From NCBI GenBank assembly GCA_013239625.1, contig MU054001.1, positions 3,884,167-3,948,166 of the forward strand: a DNA stretch of 64,000 nucleotides, written 5' to 3'. Within the stretch, counting starts at the first letter, position 1; every line of letters begins with the position of its first letter. Made by a program: the position numbers and the translations under genes. The notes under the pieces were generated by a model, which did not search any database, was not told the DNA's origin, and saw nothing but the letters and a program-made list of their open reading frames with translations. Below are positions 12,824 to 25,389 of the stretch, in pieces. The DNA is from Lama guanicoe (taxonomy: Eukaryota).

Positions 12824-12834
12824 GGGGAAACCCC
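12824..12834. promoter_or_regulatory. NF-kB site, NOD2 proximal promoter
   Basis: GGGGAAACCCC about 130 bp upstream of the exon 1 ATG; human NOD2 is known to be NF-kB-inducible. Confidence 0.7.
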
Positions 12835-13031
12835 AAGACGATGGACACACCCACAGATGTGCTCGCCCACAAGGGGACAAGCTACAAGGAAGCAGGGGCC
12901 CTTCCCAAACACACTGAGTCTAGGTCAGCCAAATGGCTTGAACCACACATGTCCAGCTAGTGATGTCAGGGAAACGGTAGAAAGAGGCAGGCCCAAGCCA
13001 TAAGGTTTGGCACTCTATCCTCCCTGTAGCT

Positions 13032-13041
13032 GGAAAGTCCC
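13032..13041 (-). promoter_or_regulatory. Canonical NF-kB site GGGACTTTCC, NOD2 proximal promoter
   Basis: Plus strand reads ggaaagtccc, an exact reverse complement of the Ig-kappa kB element. Confidence 0.75.
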
Positions 13042-13959
13042 ATCTCCGTCCTGGCCTTCTTCCAGAAACCTCGGAGCCAGGAGAATCTCCAAGAACCAAT
13101 TTGGCCAGCACCCTGTCTCTAAGAAGGCATTGTCTTTTCTCATCTAGCAGGGAGGACCTGGCCTTGTTGCTGTCCCCACTAGCCAGTTCAGGAAGTTCCT
13201 CATTATGTCTAACTGAAGTTTTTCCTGCTTCTGTTTCCACTGGGAATGAGAGAAAACAGATGTCCACTCATCACTTATTTCATAAACACTGTCCCTAAAA
13301 TCCTGCCTTTTGCCACTTTATTCCCTGCTCAGACTTCCCCTCTTCAGATGAAATAAATCAGCCTCTCTCCACTGCCTTTTCTTCTCTACTTAAATCACTG
13401 CCACTTTGGAGTCATTATCGTCTTTCCTCCAGGAAGGTGAGGTCTGTACAAAGAAAGGGGCACTTCCTTGCGGAAACAGAGGGTCAAGTGGAAGGGGCAC
13501 CCCACACGGGCCCTCTTTTATCCCCAAGCCAAGTCCTGACACCTCTTTCCTCCTGAGACACAGCCAACCCAGTTCTCTGGAATCCTGAGCCCATGGATTT
13601 GCTTAAGTGTTGCAGTCTCAGCCTGAGGCAGCTGCAGACAGGAGAGGGAGGGAAGCCCTGAAGCACAACTTCTGGAATCTCTGGGCTCTCAGCTGGGGCC
13701 ACTCTCCCCTGGGGCACTGGACCCATCCGCCTCACTTTCAGCAGCCAGCCTCCGTTGTAGTCCTCTTCACCCAGCTTCTTTCTGGGAGAGCAGTTCTCAC
13801 CAACATACAGACATACTGGAATTTCTCCATCCAACCCCATTTCTCTGTCCATCTTCACAGCAGCTTTTCTTGTCTGTTGTCTGTACTGCTGCCCTCAAGT
13901 CCTCCTCTCCTATTCCCTCCAACCGTGTCCCCCTTGACTCCAGCTGCTTTTGTAGTTGT

Positions 13960-15250
13960 CACCAGTGACCTCCAGGTTGCTGGATTCTCAGTCCTCATCT
14001 CCCTGGCTCAGGGCACTGGGAGAAAGAGGCAGACTCAAGCCATCTGTTAATCACTCCCTCTCTCCTCCTTGAAGCCCCTCCCTGACTGCCATCCAGAAAA
14101 CGCCAACTCTCTGATTTTTCCTCCCATCTCACTGGCTGCTCTTTTCTGTCTCCTTGGCTGGTTCCCAATGCTGAGAGCTCAGAACTCCCTGGTGGGATCT
14201 CTTTTCTCTGCATCACTCTCTCCCTAAGTGAGCTTACCTGCTCTTATGGCTTTAAATACCAGCTATAAGGTGATGATGCCCCAAATTTTATTTCCAGTTC
14301 CAACCTCCCCACTAAACTTTTCCAACTGCCTAATGGTCATCAAAACCAAACTCCAGATCTTCCCTCTAAACAGCTCCAATCTCAGCTGATGTCTGCTCTA
14401 CAGGCCAAAAAATCTCTGGGTCATCTTTGACTCCACCTTTCTCTCACATCCCAAATCCTATCTCCCCTACCTTGAAAATACATCCCAAATCTGAAAATCT
14501 CATATTTTTTCACCACCTCTGTGCCATGGGTATAAAGCCTCATGGTCTTTCCTCAGAATGACAACTGTGATCCCCTCACTGGTTCCCCCACCCTTCTGCC
14601 CTCACCTCCCTAAAGTCTATCTCTTGCCCACAGCCAGATAAACCTGCTAACATCTAGGTCAGAGCAGGTGACGCCTCCGCTCAAAGCCCTCCAGTGGCTC
14701 CCACTAAACTCAGTGAACACTAAAGCCCTCCCAGTGGCCTTCAAGACTGCATGCAGTGGATCCCCACCTCTCCACCCCTTACCTCTCTGTGCTCCTTTCC
14801 TACTAATCCTCGCCCACCCTGCCCCAGCCACACTGGCTTTGTTTCTAGGACAAGCCAGACCTGCTCGCACCTGTCATGCTTCTGACCCAGGGCCTCTGCA
14901 CACACTCTTCTCTCTGTGGGCGCACTGTCTGCTCCCTCAGATATTCACATAGCTCCCCCCTCACCTCCTTCAAGGCTTTGCTCCACTGTCATGATCTCAA
15001 AGAGGCCCTCCCTGACTATGCTTTATAAAATCACAATACCCAGCCCAACACTTCATCCTCCTTGCCTGCTTCATTTTTGTCCATAGTACTTCTCAACACC
15101 TGACACACTGCGTATTTACGAATTGGACTGGTGTTCAACTCCTTTCTAGAATACAAACCCCATGAGGGCAAGGAATTTTTTTCTGATTTTTTCATTACTA
15201 TATCCCCAGTGTTTCATCCAGTGCACTGATAAAGACTGTGTGGGTGAATA
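13960..15250 (+). mobile_element. L2 LINE relic
   Basis: tatggctttaaataccagcta, ctcaaagccctccagtggctccc, cccagggcctctgcac, ccatgagggcaagg and a gaataaa end. Confidence 0.7.
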
Positions 15251-16379
15251 AAAGCATGAATTCACTTTGCATGGTTCCAGAGGCAGAAGTGCAGGGAGAG
15301 GTAGAATCTGCAAGCCACAGATTTTAGCTAATTGAAGCCAGAGCAGCAGGACACTGAACTGTGCCTCAGAAGTAATGAGCCCCCCGTCACTGAGCTTATG
15401 CAGCAGAGGGATCCTGCACTGAGTGGGGGCATCAGTGGGCTAGATGGGGTCCCTTCCCGCCTGAGATCCCAGTGTGCAGATTGGCTAAGGGGATCTGAGT
15501 AACCAACAAACTTAGCGGCAGAGTGATTGGGACAGGAGAGCAGAAGCAACAGGAATGACACTCTGGTTTTTACAGAGGGGTCAGGGGATTGGTGACATGG
15601 TGAGCTTCTCCGCTCTACGGGACAAGGAACCTGTGGCCAGGGAACAGCCCATGGGGAGATGGAGGCCACCGCAGAGAATGGCCTAAGAGCTCAGAAAGAG
15701 GGAGAGAAGCAAGAGGAGACTCAGAGCCAAGGGTCCAGCTGTGAGAGGCCCTCCTGGAGAGGATGGGAAGGCCTTTTAGTTTGTTGCAAAGCAAGTAGGA
15801 CCAGATGGCTATTCCTCAATGTGAAGAGCAAAGGAGAGGATGAAGGCACAGAGGGTGAGATGCTGGCAGGCTGTGGTGTGGGCCTGCCTGGGCAGGGATG
15901 GGGGCTGAGCCAGGGTCTCCACACCCACCAAGGGAGGGAAGAGGAGGAGGCAGGAGACTCCCAGGAGAGTTACCAGACCACAGGTAGGGTTAGAGAGCAA
16001 ACCGGCACTCCGACACTCCCACTTACAACCACCCATTCACAGGCAAGGTAAAAGTGGGGAAACTGAGGGAGAGAGGAGGGACTGGACAGAGTAGACCCTG
16101 CTCAAACCTGAAGCCTGGCTTCATTCCCGCCCAGAACCTCAAGACTTCTCATCCTGCACGTTCTGCCCACCCCCATCCGCCTCCACCCCCAAATCACAGC
16201 CTCTCTCCAGACCTTAGAGGCTCCTGAGGCCGAAGTTCTCTCCACGTCCCCAAGCTCCTCATCTTCTGTAACTACAGCCCGGCAGGAGGCTCCCCAATCT
16301 CAAAACGCCCCCTTTCCTTCCACCTTCCATCTAGACCCGGGGACTCCCAAAGAGAAAACTGAGGCAGCCCCTCCCTAAG

Positions 16380-16680
16380 CCTGGCGGCCTGGACGGCTCA
16401 GAAGCCAGGTGTCCCAGTGCCGGAGGCGGACCCCTCGGCGCCTGCCGTCTGCCCGCCGCCCCAGCGCTGGGCTCGGGAGCACTCACCCCCCGCACACTGA
16501 CTCCTCCGCGCGCTCCGTGGGAGCTGCGACTCCCGGACTCGGCTCCCGCCCGGGATGCAATGGGAGCTCGGCCCCGCCCCGGCCTGGCCCCGCCCCTTCC
16601 CCTAGACCCCGCCCCTCGGGCTGCAGATCGTTCTCAGTGGAGCGCTGAGGAGGGGCCGGGCGCACTGCAGGGCTGGACGA
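16380..16680 (-). promoter_or_regulatory. CpG-rich distal NOD2 promoter with three Sp1/KLF GC boxes
   Basis: Dense CpG; ccccgcccc at 16572-16580, 16588-16596 and 16607-16615. Confidence 0.75.
16487..16560 (-). other. NOD2: NOD2 distal non-coding first exon (TSS approximate)
   Basis: Consensus donor GG|gtgagt (plus actcac 16481-16486) inside a CpG-rich island directly downstream of three GC boxes; about 3.8 kb upstream of proximal exon 1, like the human upstream 5'UTR exon. Confidence 0.7.
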
Positions 16681-16786
16681 CCTGTGCTATGTGACCTGGG
16701 ACAGATGTGTCCCCTTCCTGAGCCACCTTTCAACCGGAGGGAAGGGAATGGAAGAGTCTCTCAGGACAAGTCCCTTTCCCAACACA

Positions 16787-16787
<1 letters not shown>

Positions 16788-16827
<40 letters not shown>
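16788..16827. repeat. (AC)n microsatellite about 200 bp upstream of the distal NOD2 promoter
   Basis: Read directly; about 20 units. Confidence 0.95.
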
Positions 16828-16830
<3 letters not shown>

Positions 16831-19800
16831 GATAACCTACGAATGGAAAGACTAGGAAAGCTGTTGGGACAGTATTAAACCACGCACCCTCTGAGGGTCA
16901 GTAAGTCCATAGTCATCTAAAGCCTTAATATTGTGAAGTCCTAGCACAGGGTTTTCCGGGGTGTGATAGTTACATATTAGGTAAGAGTGGACAAGACAAA
17001 ATTTTAAGTTCCTCTTTCTACATTTTTCTTTCGATCCTTCTAAGTTCAGGCAAGCCATCTCAGTTTAGCACCAATAGGGCTTGAACTCCTCCCTAACACT
17101 GTCTAGTCGACTTAGCTCTGCAACAGTACCTAATTAGAATTTACCACTGCTGTTCTGTTTACATTAAACTTATTGTATTTTCTGATTTCTTACTCTTCCC
17201 AGCAAGTGATCACTGGTTTTTCATTGAAGGTATTCATATAAACGTTCCTTTTAAAAACATTTGTTCTTGGAAATGTTTAAATGTGAATTCACCTTCAAGG
17301 AAAAGAACTGACATTGTCTAGTGCTTTTTACAGACATTAACTCACTTAATTCTACCTATGGAGTATCTATTGACTACCATTACCCTAATTTATAGAGGAA
17401 GAAACTGAGGCTCAAAAAAGTTAATGAATCTATCCAAATAGTGACAGCAGAGCCAAGATAGGCTCTGACACCAAAGTTCATGCTCAAACCACTAGCCTAC
17501 ACTGCCTCCAGGTAAATACCTGCACAGGTGTTGCACAGTCAGCTGAGGCTGGGAAATGCTGCATGAGGAGGTACTAAATATACCCCAGGAAAATCATTCC
17601 AGATGGTGTATAGATCTTCTACAAGGATGTTCACTACCATATTATCTATAACAGCAAAAAGCTGGAAGCCTTCTGAATGCCCAATAATAGCAAGTTACTT
17701 AGGAAAAGTGACAAAGCAACTGAACCTGGAAAACTTAATCGACTCACCTTCTCTTATACCTCACACCCATCCTGGGAGCAAATTTGTCAACTTGACCTTC
17801 AAAATATATCCAGAATCCACGTCTTACTCTATCCACCATTACCACCTGGGTTCAAATCACTGTCATCTTTCACCAGTGTTATGGCAAGAGCTCCCAGCCA
17901 TTCTGATGATTCCAAATAATCTTTCTTCAATCCCAGCCTCACACTGGGCAGCAGTCTCCATGCTGGACACCTGCTCCAAGCAGCCCACTGACCCACCAGT
18001 GTCCAGACCCTTCCACAACCAGGACGAAATGAATGAACACGTGATACACCAGCATCCAGCATCCTTATAGTTCTTGGTCCTCCCATCTCTGTGCTTTGCT
18101 TGCTCAGTGCCCTAGTAGGAGCCAACAGGCTGAATAGCATAGGCTTTGGGCTCAAGCAAGCCTGGATTTGAATTTCAGCTCTCTATGTCCTTGGGCCAGT
18201 TATTTAAACTTGGCCTCGGTTTCCCTAACAGCTCAGTGGTGCAAATCATCCACTTAGATCTTGTCATGAGGAACACATAGGTAGAGCTTGGCACATGGTA
18301 AGCACTGAACACTCTATAATATGAATGCTATTTATGGAGCACTTACTATATGCCAGGTACTGTACCCTTATCCATCATATGATCCTCACAGCATCTTTAT
18401 GGAATAGGTACTATTCTTTGTCCATATTCTCAAGAAGAAGAGACTGCAGTTCCAAAAGGTAAATAATTTCCCTAAGAAGACTCAGCTGTGGGATGGTGGA
18501 CCTGCAAATTAAGCTCACATCCCTTGTTCCCTCCTTCTGTTGGGACTTGCCTATCCTTCAATGCCCACCTCCCTCAGGGAAGCTTTCCAGACCCCCAATG
18601 TCCCCCATGGAAGTCTTCAGTCCTCTGAGCTGCCAAGGAGCAGCCTGCTTGTGGTCTTGTTTGCTCTCAGCCTACATATTGTTCTGGTTTAGCTCATGCT
18701 CCATGTGTCCTTCCTGTTTCTTCACTGCTTGAGACATCCTTTCCCCATCTTCTGACCCAGAGCTTGGCCCAAGTTTGTTGAATGACATTAAAAGAGAGAC
18801 AATGCACGATGGAAAGGCACAGGAGAGCAGGCAGCTCTCTACTGAGCTGCCGCAAGCCTGGAGAACCTGATGTATCTGGGGCCCTTGACCAGCCTCTGGT
18901 CTCACTCTATCCCTCCTCAAGACCAGAGCCCGCATTTTGTCCCCTCACCCCACCTCAAGCCCTAACCCAACTCCAAGCTCATCAGTGAACTGGGCGGGTC
19001 TTGCTGAAAATCAGACAACCAACAAATCCAGCTCCCCTCCTCCACAGACTCCTTACTGTGTCTCCTCTCTCTTATCCCCCTCCCCATATGGTTTCCAGAA
19101 TCATCTTCATTTTCTCAAATCCTTTGTTGTAGCCCCCAGCTTACAAGTTCCACCAGCGGAACAAACTGTCTTTGAAAAACAGCTCCTCGATCCTCCATCA
19201 TTAGTTCACTCACAGCCAGCCCACATCATGCTTATTTTCAAATTAGAAAAAGACACTCCCTTTACCTGCATGGACACAGAAGCCGGCTTGGCAAAGCGGA
19301 GTAAAGGCTGGATTTCAGCCCCACTCCTGCCCGCTTGAGTCGCTCTGTGCAGGGTGCAAACCTTCAAATTACATATGATGGCCCTAAACTCCCACCCAAA
19401 CTCATCAGAGCCTTCACCTAAGCAAACAGATCTCCCAGGAACACAGGGTGTTTGTGTTCTGCTGATAATTAAAGTTAGATTTTCTCCACATACTAGCCAT
19501 GAATCCTTACACAGATCAGAAGGGCTGACAGTCCTGAGCTTGCACAAGGCCCAGGAGGGCCAGAGGGCTTTCCCCAGTCTGCAGTGTAGAAATGAGGCCT
19601 GAGCTCTGGCCCCCCTGCTATGTCTCAGGATAACCACAGCCCCACGGCGCACTCTGTCTGTGACCCTCAGCTTTAAAATCTTGCAGTATTAAGAAACTTT
19701 GAGATATTTAAAAGCCTAACGTGTCTTTACCCAGCTATGGAAAAACAAGGCTGACACAAACAAATTTTGCGTCACCTACCAACAAGCACCTCACTGATTT

Positions 19801-21360
19801 GCAATTTAATTTAATCTCATGTTGCAATTAGGGAAACTGACATTCAGAGAGGGCGGTGGCCTGGCCAGGACTCACAGTGAGTCAGAGCTGAGCTGGAGTC
19901 ACAGCCCTGATCTCCACGTCTCTGCATTGGCCCACTCATTCATTCACTCACATAATCACTGAGCACCCACTAGGTGGCAGATGCTGTGGTGGGTGCCAGG
20001 GACAGAATGCTGACACAGACCAAGTCCCTGCCATCGTGGTGTCTGAGACTGGCAATAAACAAGTAAACAAACAAGCAAAACGATGATAAGTCTTGACAGA
20101 AGGGTCAGGGAAGGCTGCACAAAGGAGAGACCATCAAGCTACACCCTGAGGATGAGAAAGAACCCATCACGGAAGGAACCCAGAGAAGGACATTACCGGC
20201 TGAAGGAATGGTGAGGACAAAGGCTCTGAAACACGTTTGAGAAACAGAAAGCCGCCCAGGAGGGCTGGTGTGTGCTCAGTGATGCCAGGAGGGGTGCAAC
20301 ATGAGGTCAGAAAAGGAGCAAGCCCCGGATCACGGAGGCCTCAGCAGGGGGTCCAGTTTACTCCGGATGTAGTGGGAGGCCACTACCGAGCGGTCCAAGC
20401 GGTGTGAATTCTAGGAGAGACACCTAGACCCTGAGACTCCAGCACTGCCTGTCCTGACCCCTCAGGCCCCTCGGTGTCCCCTCCTCACCATCTGGCTCCA
20501 GATGTTGCAGTAGTGGGACACCCACTCCTGTCCCCCCATGACAGTGAGGCCTTGCCTGCCCTGTAGACACGTACATGGTGTAGAGCGCTGTGCTGCAGAG
20601 AGAAGCCGACACCTGGCAGGTGGCCAAGGGGGCATCTCCAGGTCACTCTGGTGCAGCTAGGTCCTTCCTATGCAGGCCAGGCACCCCTGGGTGCCTGGGG
20701 GTTTCCAAAAAGCATTTCCCGCCCCCAGAAGAGGAAGCAGTGGCTTCTACAGACTGTTCCTCATGGCTGCTGTCTGCTGGGTGAGAGGCTGACAGAGCTG
20801 CAGGGAAGGGCTCAGAGTCTACCCTGGCGTCTGGCAGATTCCAGGCCCGGGCAGAGAGTAACGGAGAAGACTGGAAAGTGGCAGGATGAGGGGAGAGGGA
20901 GTTTTAATCTCACTCTACATAAAGCCCACGCCTCCCGGCCATATCAGGCCATCGGGAGAGATGCGGCTCCTGTTCTCAAGGGGCTCACCAGCTCGCAGGC
21001 ACACTGTTGATGGCTCTCCCCTTGAGCTAAGCAGACCCTGACATGTGTGGATACTGTTTTTATAACAGTGATGGCACTGCAGAGCAGTGGGACTGGGTGG
21101 CCACTTCAATAAACAAGGCCAGTAGGTGAACAAGGGGCGGGGAAGTCACTGGCCCGCCTCCCTCACACCATACACAAAAATCTACTTACTCTCAGTGCGT
21201 GATAGAGCCCCAAGTGAGAAAGGCAAACTAGAAAGGTTTTTAGAATAACACGAATTTCCTGCACTTGTACAGTGTTTACTACGTACCAGCATGCTTTGCA
21301 CATCTTAATTCATCTGAAGCCTCCCAGTGGCCTGTGAAGCTGTCACAGAAATGGCAATAA

Positions 21361-21513
21361 GTGGGGAGGGTGTAGCTCAGTGGTAGAGTGGGTGCTGAGC
21401 ATGCATGAGGTCCTGGATTCAATCCTCAGTACTTCCGTTTAACAATGAATTAATTAAAAAAAGAAATAAGCCTAATTATACCCGCCACCCCCCCAGTTTT
21501 TTTTAATTTAAAA
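21361..21513 (+). mobile_element. tRNA-derived SINE (Vic-1-like), long form
   Basis: Head GGGGAGGGTGTAGCTCAGTGGTAGAG; degenerate TSD agaaatggcaataa / agaaataacaataa. Confidence 0.85.
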
Positions 21514-21529
21514 AGAAATAACAATAAAG

Positions 21530-22505
21530 AATAATAAAGGAGAAATGTCCATGATCTTAAGATATGACACTGGCTGTGAAAGATTGATACGGTTGAATAC
21601 TTTAAAGTTGACAACTTCTATTTATCCAAAGACCCCATAAGAAGCACAAATGCAAACTACAAGATGGGAAAGGATATTGGGAAGTGTATGCACCACCAAA
21701 TGAGTACATAAAAAAAACCCCCACAAACCACTGAGAAAATAATCTAATCAAAATGAGCAGTGGAGTCGAACAGACCCTTCACCAAAGAGGACATAAGGAT
21801 GGCAAACAAACAAACAAACAAAAAAGCCCATGAAATGATGCTCAGGATCACAAGTCATTAGGGAAATGCAATTTAAAACCGTGATGAGATACCACCACAC
21901 ATCCATTGGGGAACAGCTCACATAAAAAAAATACTGGCCCTAACAAGTGGAGGTGAGGATGCAGAGTACCAGAACTCTCGTGTGGGACGGCAGATGACTC
22001 AGCCACCCAGGAAGCGGCTTGGCATAATCTAGTACAGTTGAAGCTTATTCATACTCTAAGATCCAGTAATTTCTCCCCAGATAAACATGTGCCCCTGGAT
22101 GAATGTGTAAGAATGCTCCCAGCAGCACTGATCATGGTGGCCCGAACTAGAAACAGTCCAAATGCGCATCCACAGACACACACACAAAAGGTAAGTACTG
22201 GTGTATTCAAACAACGTGATGATACAACAATGAAGATGAAAAAAACTTCAGCTACCCACAAAAAATTGACGAATCTTATTCACATTAATGCTGAATGAAA
22301 GAAGCAAGGCACCAATGCATATGAACAGTATGTGTGGCTCAATTTACATACAACTCAAAAATGAGTAAAATGAAACTCGATTGTTCAGGAGTCTGTTCGT
22401 AGGTGGTACATTACAAAGAGAAGCAAGGAAATCACAATCAGAACCGGGGAGGGGAGGACTCTCAGCTGGGGAGAGGCACAGGGTGGCCCTTTCTGGGGGC
22501 TGAAG
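21530..22505 (+). mobile_element. Old L1 (L1M-type) 3' fragment
   Basis: tcattagggaaatgcaatttaaaaccgtgatgagataccaccacac, ggtgaggatgcagag and other degenerate L1 ORF2/3'UTR motifs. Confidence 0.75.
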
Positions 22506-22939
22506 AGGTTTTATTTTCAGTCTTGTCCCGGCCTTCTGCCCTCCAGGCCACAATACTGTTGGCCACATATCACACTATTGCCCAGAGGTTTGGCTTCCCT
22601 GATACCTTCTGTCAGATGTATGGGATGCAGCTTCGCCCCGATAAGGATAAGTCTACCCCACCTCCCTTTCTCATCAGGCACTGGCTGTGTGTCCCACCAG
22701 CTCTCTGCTCCAAGCCTCAGTTTCCCCATCTGTCAATGCCTTGCTCACAGGGTAGGATAATGAACAGTAAAGAGCTTAGGGAATTCATGTCCAAATGCCA
22801 GAGATAGTCAAGGACCCTGAGGGTCAGCCAGGCTGCTGCAAGGCTGTGGGAACTGAGGTCCAGGCCCACCCTGCCCAACCCAGCCCTGCCCAGCGGGGCA
22901 GCCTCAGGCTGTCTGCCAGTTGAGTTCACTACCATCTTT

Positions 22940-23123
22940 CATCAGCCAATAGGCTGAGGCGACCAGGAGCAGGTCACACAGCCTATTTCCTGTTTTCATA
23001 CGGGGAACTTAGCAAAGCCACAGCCACTAGCCTGCTCGCCAGGAGCTTGGAACGGAGAGCCGAAGAGGGGCCATGTGATACCCCTCCCAGACCCCTGGAC
23101 ACACACAGGACCAGAGGCGTCAG
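22940..23123 (+). promoter_or_regulatory. SNX20: Candidate SNX20 promoter and non-coding exon 1
   Basis: Non-repetitive block with CCAAT (22946-22950), ETS core TTTCCTG (22986-22992) and donor CAG|gtcagt after 23123. The ATG exon has an acceptor, so an upstream exon is required. Position is inferred only. Confidence 0.45.
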
Positions 23124-23321
23124 GTCAGTGTTTGATCTCAAGCTCAGTGGGCCTCTGCCCACCTGTGGCCTGAGCCTCCTCTTCCTCTGACTCTCCCTCA
23201 GTACTCCTTGGGGGCAGGGTGGGACGGAGAAGGGTTCGTGACAGCCTCTGTACACCGGGCTCCCCTTGGAGCCTTGCGGTAGAGCAGGGAGCAGCTCCTT
23301 GACCCTCCATCATCTCAATTC

Positions 23322-23790
23322 CTTTTTTTAAACTGAAATATAGTTGATTTATAATGTTGTGTTAGTTTCTGGTATACAGCGTAGTGATTCAGTTATACAT
23401 ACATTCCTTTTCATATTCTTTTTCATTATAGGTTATTACAAGATATTAAATATCTTTCCCTGTGCTATACACATAAACCTCGTTGTTTATCTATTTTATA
23501 TATGGTAGTTAGTATCTGTAAATCCCAGACTCCCTCCCTTTCCCCTTGGTAACTATAAGTTTGTTTTCTATGTCTGTGAATTTCTTTCTGTTTTGTAAAT
23601 AAGTTCATTTGTGCCACTTTTTAGATTCCACATATAAGTGGTATCATATGGTATTTGTCTTTCTCTGTCTGACTTAAACTTCACTTAGTATGACAATCTC
23701 CAGGTCCATCCGTGTTGCTGCAGATGGCATTATTTCATTCTTTTTTATGGTTGAGTAGTAAGTATTCTTTTGTGTATATATACACAAATG

Positions 23791-23835
<45 letters not shown>

Positions 23836-23895
23836 CACCACTTCTTCTTTATCCAGTCATATGCTGATGGACATTTAGGTGGCCTCGATTCCTTC
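23322..23895 (-). mobile_element. L1 3' end containing (TG)n at 23793-23832
   Basis: tagttgatttataatgttgtgttagtttctggtatacagc...ttagattccacatataagtg...cttcacttagtatgacaatctccaggtccatc. Confidence 0.88.
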
Positions 23896-23959
23896 TGAAG
23901 TGCCAGCTGTTTCTCCACCATTGAGCTTGAGCTTGAGCTTGGGGAATAATCCACCACAC

Positions 23960-24162
23960 CTGTGTTTCTCAAAAGTGGTGCCAGGGAGCCCCTGTGTCAG
24001 CACAGCTCTCAGGACTTGTGAAAATGCAGACTCCAGGGCTCACCCTCAGATCTGCTAGATTGGACTCTCTGAGGTTGGGAGCAGGAGGTCAGCTTTGGAC
24101 AAGCCCTCAGCACCCCCACTGCCACCCCCAGGAGGTTCTGATGCATGCTCACGTTTAGGAGT
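23960..24162. mobile_element. MER5-like hAT-Charlie MITE
   Basis: gtttctcaaaagtggt...aaaatgcagactccagggc...ccccaggaggttctgatgca. Confidence 0.6.
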
Positions 24163-25205
24163 GTGCCCCTCCAATGACCATAAACTTCTGTCTCCCACGT
24201 CAGACCAGGGTGTTTACTCTGCTGGAGTCTCCCCTCTGATGGAAAGTCCCCTGCTGCCCCCTCAGAAAGGTAGTATGGGCTCTGAAAGGTGCCCTGTGTG
24301 CCCACCAGAAGAAGGCTGGACATGGCAGGTGGCCCTGGGAGGGAGAAGTGATGTTCAGGCATCTCAGGAGGGAAGGAATAGGGTGATCACTCATGGAGCT
24401 GGATGGCGGAGGGGCTGGGAAGCTGCTGTCACCAGGCCAAGGGCAGGTTCCCAAGCCAACAGCACCAACACTTGCCATATATTATCTGTGTCCTGTCCAC
24501 CAATGACCAGCTCTTGATCCTGGGCAACTCATTTTCTTTATCATCAAATGGAGATGAAAAACTCCTCCCGTACATGGATTCAGATTAAGTGAGAGAGCAG
24601 GTGTGGAGCGCAGGGGGTGGAGCTAGCCTGTTGTGAGAATTTGGCTTTGCTTGTTGGGCACACAGACCAGCCACGTGACCTTGGGCTAAACCTCAGTTTC
24701 CTCATCTGTTATTGGGATCATGACAGATTATTGTGGATGTGAACAGCCTAGGTGCATACAAAGTGGGTATAACATGTTAGTAAATGTCTGCTAAAGGATA
24801 AAAAGGGTTGGGGGGAAGGAAAGGATACATCCCAATCTCCCTGCTTTGGACACTGAAATTTCATTTGCACGTGTAATATAAAATGGAGTGTTAGCACGTT
24901 TTTCTGGACAAGCCAGCATCTTTCTCCCAAGTAGTCATGAAAACCCTTACGTTTGCTTGAAATCACCTCTTTTAAAATTCGAAGCAACTCAATAATATAA
25001 AGATCCTGACGTTAAGAGAAGGTTCTGCTCAGCCTAGGAGACATCAGTCCAGCCAAGGGCCAGGCTTCCATCTGGCCATAGCGTGGACAGCCAGGTGGGC
25101 AGTGGAGGGCCCAGCAGTGGGGACTAGGCACCCCAGGACCCACCGGGCACCCCAGCAGGAGTAGGGACTCACTCTCCTCTCTTGTCCCCCCAGCAGCCTT
25201 GGAGC

Positions 25206-25335
25206 ATGGCAAATCCCAAGCACCACGGGAGCCCTGGATGGACAGAACCTATACACCAGTGCATGGCAGGGACCAAGCCAAAAGCAGCGGCCCCTGGCCC
25301 AGACCTCCCACGTCCAGGACCTGAAGAGCACCTAG
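25206..25335 (+). CDS. SNX20: SNX20 first coding exon
   Basis: Acceptor ctcttgtccccccagcag; ATG in AGCATGG context; [43 protein letters not shown]; donor gtgggc; 130 nt. Confidence 0.93.
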
Positions 25336-25389
25336 GTGGGCTTGAGGCTTGGGGCAGGGTCAGGGGATAGAGGTTTGAAGACATATGAA

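Noticed and set aside
20700..20790. Alternative SNX20 exon 1 candidate (PU.1-like AGAGGAAG, donor GG|gtgaga)
   Set aside because: Cannot be excluded, but it has less promoter context than 22940-23123; not called without transcript data.
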